In this document: piece after piece, positions 19,095-28,338 of the stretch | Layout: the number at the start of each line of letters is the position of its first letter | How positions within the stretch are numbered: position 1 is the stretch's first letter | Origin: a candidate division WOR-3 bacterium | Lineage (GTDB): Bacteria; Hydrothermota; Tepidihabitantia; B3-TA06 | Direction of reading: 5' to 3' | Length of the DNA: 64,000 bases | Assembly (NCBI GenBank): GCA_965649265.1 | Contig: CBFGKC010000013.1 | Coordinates: 1 to 64,000 of the forward strand | Translations under genes and position numbers: made by a program | The notes under the pieces: model-generated | The model's database searches: none | What the model saw: only the letters and a program-made list of their open reading frames with translations | What the model was told of the DNA's origin: nothing

Positions 19095-19370
19095 CCTCCC
19101 TTTTGAAGGGAGGTGGCCGTCAGGCCGGTGGGATTGTCCCCCTCCCTAGTGTGAGGGGTACGCTTCAAAGAAGCTCCTGGGGCGGTCACTTTTTACAGAT
19201 AACCTCTGTTTGGTTCCGATTAGAATTTCCCCCTCCTCAATGGACAGCGTGCCCCTTGGGGTGCCTGCACCCCATAGGGTAGGGGGTAGGGGGCGGTGAG
19301 ACCTGACTTTTTGCGCCGTTCCTCGTAGGGGCGTACCTCAGTGTGCCCCCGAGGGTATCAGGTGCGCCCG
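19095..19370. repeat. Cluster of REP-like palindromes
   Basis: CCTCCCTT-TTG-AAGGGAGG (19095-113); CCCCTC...GAGGGG; GTAG-led hairpin GTAGGGGCGTAC-CTCA-GTGTGCCCC from 19325. Confidence 0.6.
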
Positions 19371-19395
19371 AAAAAACCCAAGAAACGAGCCGACC

Positions 19396-20229
19396 TTAAG
19401 GTCGGCCCTTACGAGCTTTCATTTTAAAAGAATCGAATATCCCAGGATCCAAATGATTGATAAAAGCTGTAATGGTATTAGCCACTTTGATTATTTGTTC
19501 TAAAGCACCGGATTTCTTCCAAAAAGATAAACTTACCTTAGTTCCGTAGGTATCAACATTCAACACACCCTTTACTTGATTTCCTCCGAAAAGAGGTACC
19601 GACACAACAGATGCTACATTTTTAAGGTCGGTCTTGAACCTTGGAGGTAGATGAAAAAGAGCCATATTTTTCCTAGTTAACGTCGCTATGATTGTTTTCT
19701 TGTGCTCAACAGACATTCCACAAACCCCAGCGCCTTGTGGGAGTACGATATTTCTGTCGGGAGTCCCTTCCATATTAATAGATGTCCATATTCGTAAGTT
19801 GTCACTTTTGTCAGGGAGCATAATATTTGCTCTAAATCTGATCTTCTTAATTTGCATCAAATCTTTGATAAGTGTTTCCATTGCTATCTCGGTTACTAGT
19901 TTTGCCAAGGATTCTTGAGGAGTTATTTTTTCTTTCGTGAACTGGATGTTTATTGCTTCGAGTTTTGATTCTAATTCGGTAATGTACTTTTCTCTTTCTG
20001 CTAGTTGAGCTATTAGTGCTTTATAAATTGTTACTTTCCCAGTCGTTCTTCTTGAAAGCCATATGTTGAGAAAGTAACCAATGAGATTCAACACAATTCC
20101 TGCAATCAACAAAACTAATCCTGGCAATTTATTCAAGCCAAGGGTGCATCCTACCCCGATCAAGGCAGGGCCTATAACAAGCAATATTCCTATAGAAATA
20201 TCCATTAGAGTTTCGCTTTTTTTCTTCAC
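19396..20229 (-). CDS. 2-TM membrane protein with coiled coil and GAF-like domain
   Basis: Two N-terminal TM; RANIM, G.GVCG, SVVSVPLF....KGVLNVD GAF-like signature; AT-rich; GTGA overlap with comM. Confidence 0.7.
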   Translation of the reverse strand: MKKKSETLMDISIGILLVIGPALIGVGCTLGLNKLPGLVLLIAGIVLNLIGYFLNIWLSRRTTGKVTIYKALIAQLAEREKYITELESKLEAINIQFTKEKITPQESLAKLVTEIAMETLIKDLMQIKKIRFRANIMLPDKSDNLRIWTSINMEGTPDRNIVLPQGAGVCGMSVEHKKTIIATLTRKNMALFHLPPRFKTDLKNVASVVSVPLFGGNQVKGVLNVDTYGTKVSLSFWKKSGALEQIIKVANTITAFINHLDPGIFDSFKMKARKGRP

Positions 20230-21770
20230 ACTTCCACCTTCCTGTCAAGGCTCCGGTACTGGATGGCCTCGGAGATGTGCTGGGGCTTGATGTGCTGGGA
20301 GGTGTCGAGGTCGGCTATAGTCCGTGCGACCTTGAGAATCTTGTCGTGCGCGCGGGCGGAGAGCCCGAAGCGCTCCATTGCGGTCTTTAGGAGATGTTCC
20401 GAGTCCGGGCCAATCTCGCAAAAGGTGCGCACGAGGGTCGAGCCCATTTGGGAGTTGGAGTAAATGGGTTTCTTGCGGCCTGAGGGCTTGAAGCGCTCGA
20501 GCTGCACCTGCCGCGCGGCCATAACGCGCCCGCGCACGGACTCCGAACGCTCGCCCTGCTCCCTGCGGCGAATCTCGTCGAACCGCAGTTTGGGCACCTC
20601 TATGTGGATGTCGATTCTATCGAGCAATGGCCCGGAGATGCGGGAGCGGTAGCGCTGGATTTGCGGGGGCGTACACCTGCACACGTTTACGGGATCGGTC
20701 AGGTTCCCGCACGGGCACGGGTTCATGGCCGCGACCAAAGTGAACTGCGCCGGGTATCCTATGGTGACCTTTGCGCGGCTGATGACGACCTTGCCGTCCT
20801 CCAGGGGCTGGCGCATTACCTCGAGAACGTTGCGCCGGAACTCGGGCAGTTCGTCCAGGAACAGCACGCCGTTGTGTGCGAGGCTCACCTCGCCGGGCTT
20901 TGGAACCTGTCCGCCGCCGATGAGGCCGGCGTCCGATATAGTGTGGTGCGGCGAGCGGAAGGGACGAATGGCGACGAGAGCGCGTCCGGGTTCTAAGGAA
21001 CCTGCGACCGAGTGGATGCGTGTGGTCTCCAGGGCTTCGTCGAGAGAGAGGGAGGGGAGTATGGTCGGCAGACGCTTTGCGAGCATGGTCTTGCCGGTGC
21101 CCGGCGGCCCCACGAGCAGGATGTTGTGCCCGCCCGCGGCCGCGACCTCGAGCGCGCGCTTGGCGTGCTCCTGGCCCTTGACGTCTGAAAAATCCACACC
21201 CCAAACCATCTCCTCGCGGAAGATACCGTCAACGTTGACCTTTGCCGGTGTGATGCGCTCCTCGCCATTAAGAAATTGCGCGACCTCCACGAGGGAGGAG
21301 GCGGGGTAAACGAACCCGTCGCCGTGAATGGCTGCCTCAGCCGCGTTCTCCTTAGGAAGAATGAGCCCCTCGAACCCGAGTTCCTTGACAAGGGCCGCAA
21401 TCGAGAGCGCGCCGTGCACGGGTCTGATTGCACCGTCGAGCGAGAGCTCGCCGATTATGACGTAGCGGGAAAACGCCTCCTGCGATATAACACCCCTGCA
21501 TGCGAGCATCCCGAGGGCTATGGGCAGGTCGTACGCGGCACCCTCCTTCTTGATATCTGCAGGCGCAAGGTTGACCGTAATCCGGGACGAGGGGATGGGA
21601 AAGCCGGCGTTCTTCACCGCGGCAAGCACCCGGTCCTTGGATTCCTTCACGGCGACGTCGGGAAGCCCGACTGTTGAATACGCGGGCAGTCCCCGGCCGA
21701 TATCGACCTCAACCGAAACCTTGTAGGCGTCGATTCCCAGAAGTCCTGCCGACACAACCTTTGCAAGCAT
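20226..21770 (-). CDS. comM: YifB/ComM Mg-chelatase-like AAA+ ATPase
   Basis: VGLPD.AVKES, TVNLAPAD.KK.G..YDLPIA, GPPGTGKT, RPFRSPHH, AHNGVLFLDELPEF, NPCPCG. Confidence 0.95.
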   Translation of the reverse strand: MLAKVVSAGLLGIDAYKVSVEVDIGRGLPAYSTVGLPDVAVKESKDRVLAAVKNAGFPIPSSRITVNLAPADIKKEGAAYDLPIALGMLACRGVISQEAFSRYVIIGELSLDGAIRPVHGALSIAALVKELGFEGLILPKENAAEAAIHGDGFVYPASSLVEVAQFLNGEERITPAKVNVDGIFREEMVWGVDFSDVKGQEHAKRALEVAAAGGHNILLVGPPGTGKTMLAKRLPTILPSLSLDEALETTRIHSVAGSLEPGRALVAIRPFRSPHHTISDAGLIGGGQVPKPGEVSLAHNGVLFLDELPEFRRNVLEVMRQPLEDGKVVISRAKVTIGYPAQFTLVAAMNPCPCGNLTDPVNVCRCTPPQIQRYRSRISGPLLDRIDIHIEVPKLRFDEIRRREQGERSESVRGRVMAARQVQLERFKPSGRKKPIYSNSQMGSTLVRTFCEIGPDSEHLLKTAMERFGLSARAHDKILKVARTIADLDTSQHIKPQHISEAIQYRSLDRKVEV

Positions 21771-21911
21771 ATCAAATTCCTCCTAAGTTTACATCAATAT
21801 ACTCAGTTAGAGGAGGAATGCAATAGCCTGGATTTTTGTCCTTTTTATGATTCTTGCATGACTTATGTGTACATCAGGAGTTTCAACAAAGTGATACGTT
21901 ACGTTGCAGGG

Positions 21912-21948
21912 CAAGACTTGTGGGGAATATATGCCCCCCACAAGTCTT
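21912..21948. terminator. Hairpin terminator
   Basis: AAGACTTGTGGGG...CCCCACAAGTCTT downstream of the minus-strand gene ending 21960. Confidence 0.6.
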
Positions 21949-21959
21949 ATGTTTACAAT

Positions 21960-22382
21960 TCAAGGATATGTTTGCGTACCATACCAGGTGCCGTTGCCCG
22001 CCGAGCAGCTCCAAGTTCCGGAGCAGATTTCTGAATTAAAATCAAAGGTACCACTCCAGGTTCCGGTATAGGGGGGAACTGAATTGTCTACACCCCAGTT
22101 GCCGCTACCTGCACCTGTAGAACGGTTGGCATAACCCCAGATATCGCCGGTATGACCGTTAAGATCATTCCATTGGCCATCGACGGAGTAATATACGGCA
22201 TCGAAGACTGTAAAGTCCATGTGCCAGATAACCCAGGGATCAAATGGAAGCACCCTGTGATCAATCACTCCGGTGCCGGAGCCGTCCCATTCCATATCGG
22301 CTGCGGATGCGGTGCCGGTGAGAACGAAGACGCCGACTATTACTGCCAGAAGAGGTAGAACATTGACTTTTTTGAGATTCAT
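21960..22382 (-). CDS. Small secreted Gly/Thr/Trp-rich protein (paralog 2)
   Basis: Start moved to ATG 22382 after AAGGAGG; signal peptide ending ASA; repeated GTW.G strands; two Cys. Confidence 0.85.
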   Translation of the reverse strand: MNLKKVNVLPLLAVIVGVFVLTGTASAADMEWDGSGTGVIDHRVLPFDPWVIWHMDFTVFDAVYYSVDGQWNDLNGHTGDIWGYANRSTGAGSGNWGVDNSVPPYTGTWSGTFDFNSEICSGTWSCSAGNGTWYGTQTYP

Positions 22383-22511
22383 GAAAATCCTCCTTAAATT
22401 AGGGTTTTGCCGACCCCTGAAAACTACCTCCAGGCTTGTCCGGAACATCAAAACCTCGATAAAAAGGTAGCCAAGTCGTGATATTCCGGCACATATGCTT
22501 ATTTGGTATTC

Positions 22512-22541
22512 CTTTGCGGGGCGCAGAAACGCCCCGCAAAG
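22512..22541. terminator. Hairpin between the paralogs
   Basis: CTTTGCGGGGCG-CAGAAA-CGCCCCGCAAAG. Confidence 0.65.
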
Positions 22542-22556
22542 CTTAGCAGTTTCCAA

Positions 22557-22985
22557 TTAAGGGTAGGTTTGCGAGCCTGTCCAGGTGCCGTTACCTATTG
22601 GACAGTTCCAAGTTCCGGAGCAGGTCTCGGTTGAATAGTTAAATGTTCCGGACCATATCCCACTGGTATAGGGAGGAACCGTGTTATCGATGCCCCAGTT
22701 ACCGCTGGCTGCTCCTGTCGAGCGGTTGACATATCCAGAAATGGTTCCGGTATGATCTGAAAGCGTGTCAATCCAAGTACCTCTGACTATGTAGTAGGTG
22801 TCGCTATCAATATAGAAGTCCATGTGCCAATAGGCAAAGGGGTGTATCTGAACTCCACCATGGTAGATAGTGCCGGTACCTGTACCGTCCCATTCCATGT
22901 CGGCTGCTGAAGCGGTGCCGGCGAGAACGAGGACGCCGACTATGATCGCCCCTATAGAAAGGGCTCCGAGCTTTTTGAGATTCAT
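22557..22985 (-). CDS. Small secreted Gly/Thr/Trp-rich protein (paralog 1)
   Basis: Start ATG 22985 after GGAGG; AADMEWDG.GTG...GTW.G.QTYP shared with the neighbour; promoter TTGACA-16-TATAAT at 23090-23117. Confidence 0.85.
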   Translation of the reverse strand: MNLKKLGALSIGAIIVGVLVLAGTASAADMEWDGTGTGTIYHGGVQIHPFAYWHMDFYIDSDTYYIVRGTWIDTLSDHTGTISGYVNRSTGAASGNWGIDNTVPPYTSGIWSGTFNYSTETCSGTWNCPIGNGTWTGSQTYP

Positions 22986-23354
22986 GAGAATCCTCCATTT
23001 GGATTTGTTACCCCCCTCTGTTTTTTTTCTCCTGAGCCTTCTCTCCTCGAAACCGGGGCATGGTGGCGGCACTAAGATAGAATAAGAATATTATAAAAAA
23101 ATTCTTTTTATTGTCAATGGTCTTAGTTTTAACTTCTTTTTTTACGCAATAATGTCTTTGTAGTGGAAAGACCTTACTCCTATGAATTCCCTTTACAGTA
23201 CGAAAACACATGTGACGGCTCACCGGGTCCCCTTAATAGCTAGCTTTCGAGAGATAGCTTAAGACAGTCTACTGCCCTTCTGCGGGAGAATGATATAGAC
23301 ACACCTGTTCAGAGAGACCCTACCCTGACTTGCTTCCTCTTGGAAAACGCCGGT

Positions 23355-24980
23355 TTATTTCAATATGGTAACTTTCGAAACCTGCAGCTTGTCGGCGCTT
23401 GACAGGATAAAGTATATGCCCGGGTTTGCCCCCTCCCCCCATCGGATGGTGCCTGAGCTTGCGGGTGTTGCGGGTGTTACGGATGTTTTGATCTCGTCCA
23501 CCATGCGGCCTGAAGCGTCGAAAACGAAGAATCTCATGGGCGTTCCTGAAGGAGATGAGTAGCTTATTGCTATTTCCCTGCCTATCGAAGAGACAACCCT
23601 GAAGGCGCTACCCAAATCGGCAGGAACCTCGCCACTGCCCGACGAATAAAGCTGCTCGACAGGGTAGAAATCGGAACCTTGCCGGTCATAACAGCTGCCA
23701 ATTGTCGTCACCGGCCCGGACGATACGACATGGTAGATGGCATGTGCCGTAGCGTCACCTTCAGGACATGTATAGCGGTAGTACTCGCCGCGATTCAGGG
23801 TTCCCGACCATATCGAGGACTCGTCTCCTCCGTCGCGGGGAATCCGGGTCACGGTAACGCTGGTGCTGTCACGAAACGCAATTACGTGAAGTTTAGAGAA
23901 GTATCCACCCAACGACGTTTCCAGCGGGATATAAAAGTCGGTACCCAGACCCAGGCCGTTTCTGTCGATACCCCTGGCCATGTAGAACGCGATGTTCGTA
24001 GCGCCGAAACTCGCCCACTCGGTCTGCGATACCGAGATGTCCTTATCCGCGTGTATGTATAAAGGCCTCCTCGTTGGCATCGGCTGCCCCTTTATCTCGC
24101 CGCGCTTCTCGCAGGTCAACGCCCACACCGTATCGCCCGTGTCCAGGAACGTTATTGAAACCTTCGTGTTGTCTTCCCATGGGACGATGTTAATATCCTG
24201 AGGGGCGCCGGGATACGAATGCTGATAGGTCATGAAGTCCCTGCCTGTAAAAGTCCCATTGAACGCCGGTACGTAGGTGCCGTTGACTCCGTTCATCTCC
24301 TGAACCGAGACCGGCTTGGAGGCCGTTACCGAGTAAACGCTCGGCGGATCTGAACCCTGGTCGTTCAGATAATACTCGGCGCTGTCGAGCGTGCCCTGCC
24401 ACTCGATGGAATCGGCAGAAAGATTCTTGACTGTGACGTCAGTGCCGTTCTCATAAGCCCAAACCGCTAAAAATCCTTCTGATGCCGCGTCCGGTTTTGG
24501 ACCGACTGTCAGAAGTTTTGTGCCCAAAGGCCGGTTGTCGGGCCCGGTGGCAAACCAGCAGCACAGACCGGCAGAGAAAGGATCACCACTAAGGACGGCC
24601 GCACGCCTTGGTATGTCAACCTTGTACACTCCAGCCTCGAGACCTGTTATCAGTTGATAATCGTCTTCCTTCATGGTATCAGACCAGACAAGGGCTCCAG
24701 TCCCGTCCGACATTTTGCAGACGTTTTCGTCCGAGTAAGAGAATATCACGATGTCGCCGTAGGTGTAAACGTAGGTCGAAAACGAATCGCCCGGGGAAGG
24801 CTCAGGAAAGTTAAAGCTTCCCATGTAATGGACGGGTTCCTGCATTGTTTGAGCGGAAGGCCGGCTGAGTCCCAGATCCCTTGATATGCAGTCGCTCCAT
24901 GCGTCCGCCGCTACCAGAGAACAAGGAATCATCCCGACCGCCATCAGCGCTCCCATTCCTGAGAGAACAACTTTGTTCAT
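23355..24980 (-). CDS. Secreted IgGFc-binding-like protein with T9SS/FlgD-like C-terminal tail
   Basis: Signal peptide; repeated 'A..D.T.VTV...W.GTL..gEYY...Y.V.s.kPV' units; tail VFDASGR.V...W.....GIYFI....KV.ILK. Confidence 0.7.
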   Translation of the reverse strand: MNKVVLSGMGALMAVGMIPCSLVAADAWSDCISRDLGLSRPSAQTMQEPVHYMGSFNFPEPSPGDSFSTYVYTYGDIVIFSYSDENVCKMSDGTGALVWSDTMKEDDYQLITGLEAGVYKVDIPRRAAVLSGDPFSAGLCCWFATGPDNRPLGTKLLTVGPKPDAASEGFLAVWAYENGTDVTVKNLSADSIEWQGTLDSAEYYLNDQGSDPPSVYSVTASKPVSVQEMNGVNGTYVPAFNGTFTGRDFMTYQHSYPGAPQDINIVPWEDNTKVSITFLDTGDTVWALTCEKRGEIKGQPMPTRRPLYIHADKDISVSQTEWASFGATNIAFYMARGIDRNGLGLGTDFYIPLETSLGGYFSKLHVIAFRDSTSVTVTRIPRDGGDESSIWSGTLNRGEYYRYTCPEGDATAHAIYHVVSSGPVTTIGSCYDRQGSDFYPVEQLYSSGSGEVPADLGSAFRVVSSIGREIAISYSSPSGTPMRFFVFDASGRMVDEIKTSVTPATPASSGTIRWGEGANPGIYFILSSADKLQVSKVTILK

Positions 24981-25231
24981 TTTTCCTCCTCTGTAAGGTT
25001 TCGTTCACGTTGGTCACCAACGCTTCGATTAAGATAATATTATGATAGTCTCTATCCCGGGGTTGTCAATCAGCATCCTGGAGACGGCGGTTTTATAAGC
25101 CTGAATCCCTGGAACCATCACTCCACGGGCAGGGTTTATTATGTTTGTGAGATTACTTCTTTTATCAGCAATATTTGTTATGAATCCCGGCTGAAACTTG
25201 ACTTCTGTAGACTCTTTACATATACTGCGCT

Positions 25232-25750
25232 GTGGTTGACGTCTATCTCAGTCTACCCGCTTTTTTAACCATGGTTTCGGCGTCGGCAGAGGTCTACAGG
25301 AACGAAACGGTGGGTTATCTTGTCGGTTACCCCATAAAAACGAACTTCGTCGTTGAATATGCCGCGCCGTTTCAGTCGGTCAGCTCATCGCAGGATTCGA
25401 TACAGGTTGATGAAAATCGCACCGGCTGCATAAACCGGGTAATAAACCGCTTTTCAGAAGGGCTCGAGATAGTGGGCACGTTTCACTCGCACGCCGGATC
25501 GTCCTCCGGTAAAGCGCTGGCGCTGCCGTCAGATGCGGACGTAAACCACATACTCCCGGACGAGGTGCAGCTTATTGTCGCAGTCAATCCCGAGGGAAAG
25601 AAAATGAAATGGCGCGAGGGGCGTTACACCCTTTTCGGCACGGTGGACGGTCTTCACGTCGAGATAGGCGGCTTCGTCAGAACCGACAGGGGGAGGGGAT
25701 GGAAGCGCGTACACGTCAACTGCGCCGCCATAACAGGAGTTTCACCGTGA
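25232..25750 (+). CDS. JAB/MPN (JAMM) metalloprotease domain protein
   Basis: NETVGYLVG ... VGTFHSH ... PSDAD JAMM motif; promoter TTGACT-17-TATACT ending 5 nt before GTG. Confidence 0.8.
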   Translation: MVDVYLSLPAFLTMVSASAEVYRNETVGYLVGYPIKTNFVVEYAAPFQSVSSSQDSIQVDENRTGCINRVINRFSEGLEIVGTFHSHAGSSSGKALALPSDADVNHILPDEVQLIVAVNPEGKKMKWREGRYTLFGTVDGLHVEIGGFVRTDRGRGWKRVHVNCAAITGVSP

Positions 25751-26499
25751 TCGGCCCAAAGCAACCTTTCGAGCGCATCGCGATGTTTTACGATACCCTC
25801 ATGAAGGGAATAGAATACCGCGATTGGGTGGACTACACGATTGAAATCTTTGACAGATTCGGCCACAAGCCGGTGAGGGTGCTCGATCTTGCCTGCGGAA
25901 CCGGAACGGCTACCCTCGAGCTAGCGAGAAGGGGTTTTGAGGTCACGGGGATTGATCGTTCGAGATACATGCTGGAGGTGTTCAAGCAAAAGAGAGGGGC
26001 GGCGAAGCTGGAAATAGTCCAGTCCGATATGCAGCGCTTCAGGCTGGACCACAAGGTTGACGCCGTTACCTGCTATTTTGACAGCATGAATTACTTGATG
26101 GATGAACGCAGTCTGGAGCATTGTTTTGAGTCTGTCTACGAAGCGCTGGCTCAGAAAGGAATTCTCGTTTTCGACATGAACACCATCTACGGTCTGGAGC
26201 GAGTCTGGGGCACGAATACGATGATCAGGGAGATAGACAACATCTACTCGGTGTGGAAATCGGTCTACGATTCGGTGAACCATGTATCTACCCTTTACCT
26301 GACGCTTTTCATCCGCGAGGGGAACACTTACGTGAAGGTTGACGAAATTCACCAGGAGCGCGCGTACCCCGCAGTAAAGGTCAAGGAACTTCTCCTGAAA
26401 GCCGGATTCAAAGAGGTCGAAGTGTATGCTCACTTGACTATGCACCCTTCGCTGGACATAAGTTCAAGAGTGATGTTTGCGGCGGAGAAGAGGCTGTAA
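25747..26499 (+). CDS. Class I SAM-dependent methyltransferase
   Basis: Start moved to GTG 25747 (GTGA overlap); VLDLACGTG, GIDRS..ML, SDM, DSMNY, G...FDMNT. Confidence 0.92.
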   Translation: MIGPKQPFERIAMFYDTLMKGIEYRDWVDYTIEIFDRFGHKPVRVLDLACGTGTATLELARRGFEVTGIDRSRYMLEVFKQKRGAAKLEIVQSDMQRFRLDHKVDAVTCYFDSMNYLMDERSLEHCFESVYEALAQKGILVFDMNTIYGLERVWGTNTMIREIDNIYSVWKSVYDSVNHVSTLYLTLFIREGNTYVKVDEIHQERAYPAVKVKELLLKAGFKEVEVYAHLTMHPSLDISSRVMFAAEKRL

Positions 26500-27761
26500 T
26501 GAGGATAATAGCCGACTTGCACCTGCACTCGCGATTCTCCCGCGCCACGAGCCAGAACATGCGTATACCCGAAATGGCGCGCATGGCCAAAAAGAAGGGC
26601 ATAGGGATCCTCGGTTCCGGCGATTTTACCCACCCCGGCTGGATGGACGAACTTTACAATAACCTGATAGAGGCGGGGCCCGGCATGTACGAGTACTCAG
26701 GCGTAAGGTTCATCCTGACCGCGGAAGTGGCGAACATTTATACCCGCAAGGGCGCTCTGCGCCGCATACACAACGTCATCTTTACGCCGTCGTTCGAAGA
26801 CGCCGAAAAGATAAACAAATTCCTCGCTCGCTTCGGCAGCCTGACCGCGGACGGCAGGCCCATGCTGGGGCTCGACTCGGAGGCCATGCTCGAAGGTGTG
26901 CTGTCGCTCTCCCCAGAGAGTTTCATCGTTCCCGCGCACATATGGACGCCCTGGTTTTCGCTCTTCGGTTCAAAGTCGGGGTTCAATTCGATAGAGGACT
27001 GTTTCGGCAGGTATACCAAGGACGTTTTTGCACTCGAGACGGGACTCTCCTCGGACCCGCCGATGAACTGGCGTCTCTCGGCTCTGGACCGCTTTACCCT
27101 CATCTCGAACTCCGACGCGCACTCGCCCGCCAATATGGGGCGTGAGGCCAATCTCCTCGATATAGAGCTCTCGTATTTCGAACTCAAGGAAGCGCTGCGA
27201 ACTAAGGACCCCAAGAGGATGCTTGCCACGATCGAGTTTTTCCCACAGGAGGGTAAGTACCACTACGACGGACACCGTACCTGCAACGTGCGATTCACAC
27301 CAAGCCAGTCGGCGGCTGCAAAAAACCGCTGCCCTGTTTGCGGAAAGCCCTTGACTCTGGGTGTCGATAACCGGGTTCAGGAACTTGCCGACAGGCCGGA
27401 GGGCACGAGGCCCGAGAATGCAATCCCTTATCATTCGATCATTCCCCTGGCGGAGATAATCGCCGAAGCAAAGGGAGCAGGCCGCGATTCAATGGCCGTC
27501 ACGCAGGTGTACGACAGAATCACTGAGGCCGCCGGCGGTGAGTTCAGGGCGCTTCTCTGGGCTTCCGAGGAGGAACTCACGAAGGCCGCGGGGGATGCCA
27601 TCGCGCAAGGCATAATGAGGATGCGAAAGGGAAGGGTGAAGGTGGAGGAGGGTTACGACGGCGTGTTCGGCAAGATAAGCGTTTTCTCCGACTTCTCGAG
27701 CGTACAGGAGCAGAAGCCGGAAGATCAGGACAAAGGCAATGAACAACTTTCCCTGTTTTAG
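26499..27761 (+). CDS. Endonuclease Q family PHP-domain protein
   Basis: ADLHLHSRFSRATS, GDFTHP, PAHIWTPWFS, ETGLSSD, NSDAHS, GKYH..GHR.C...CP.CG Zn finger, GYDGVFG. Confidence 0.9.
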   Translation: MRIIADLHLHSRFSRATSQNMRIPEMARMAKKKGIGILGSGDFTHPGWMDELYNNLIEAGPGMYEYSGVRFILTAEVANIYTRKGALRRIHNVIFTPSFEDAEKINKFLARFGSLTADGRPMLGLDSEAMLEGVLSLSPESFIVPAHIWTPWFSLFGSKSGFNSIEDCFGRYTKDVFALETGLSSDPPMNWRLSALDRFTLISNSDAHSPANMGREANLLDIELSYFELKEALRTKDPKRMLATIEFFPQEGKYHYDGHRTCNVRFTPSQSAAAKNRCPVCGKPLTLGVDNRVQELADRPEGTRPENAIPYHSIIPLAEIIAEAKGAGRDSMAVTQVYDRITEAAGGEFRALLWASEEELTKAAGDAIAQGIMRMRKGRVKVEEGYDGVFGKISVFSDFSSVQEQKPEDQDKGNEQLSLF

Positions 27762-27797
27762 GAAAGCAGTAACATCGATCACACCGGAGGAGGTGTC

Positions 27798-28292
27798 TTG
27801 AAAAAGCTTTGGGCTCCGTGGAGGATGACTTACATCAAGGATGCGGCGAGGGAAGAAAAGGAGCAGGGCTGCGTGCTCTGCAGGATAGCGGCGGAGCGAG
27901 ACAAGGACGAGGAAAACCTGGTGGTCGCGCGCGGCAAGCACGTCTTCGTGGTTCTCAACCGCTTCCCTTACTCCAACGGTCACCTCATGGTCTCTCCCTA
28001 CAAGCATGTAAGGGAGTTCTCGGGGCTCGCGCCGAAAGCGGTCACCGAGCTTGTTGAGTACACACAGGGAGCCATCGATACCCTGCGGAGGATGAGCAAT
28101 CCGGATGGTTTCAACGTGGGCGCAAACCTCGGACGCGTGGCGGGCGCGGGCATTGACGCTCATCTGCACATGCACGTGGTGCCGCGCTGGTCAGGCGATA
28201 CGAACTTCATGCCGGTACTGGCCGACGTGAAGGTCATTGCCCAGGCGCTTGAAGAAACATGGCTGGAGCTTCGCAAACACTGGGAAATCTGA
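27798..28292 (+). CDS. HIT family hydrolase (Ap4A phosphorylase-like)
   Basis: LWAPWR, C..C, LN.FPY..GHLM, HLHMHVVPRW.GD.NFMPV. Confidence 0.93.
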   Translation: MKKLWAPWRMTYIKDAAREEKEQGCVLCRIAAERDKDEENLVVARGKHVFVVLNRFPYSNGHLMVSPYKHVREFSGLAPKAVTELVEYTQGAIDTLRRMSNPDGFNVGANLGRVAGAGIDAHLHMHVVPRWSGDTNFMPVLADVKVIAQALEETWLELRKHWEI

Positions 28293-28338
28293 CCGGCTTC
28301 TTCCTTGATTTTTTTCCCCTGCAAGTTACAATAAGCCG

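Noticed and set aside
21960-23072. In-frame continuation across the TAA at 22557 suggesting a readthrough fusion
   Set aside because: The spacer holds a terminator-like hairpin, and the second gene has its own SD and signal peptide; a 58-codon open frame can occur by chance
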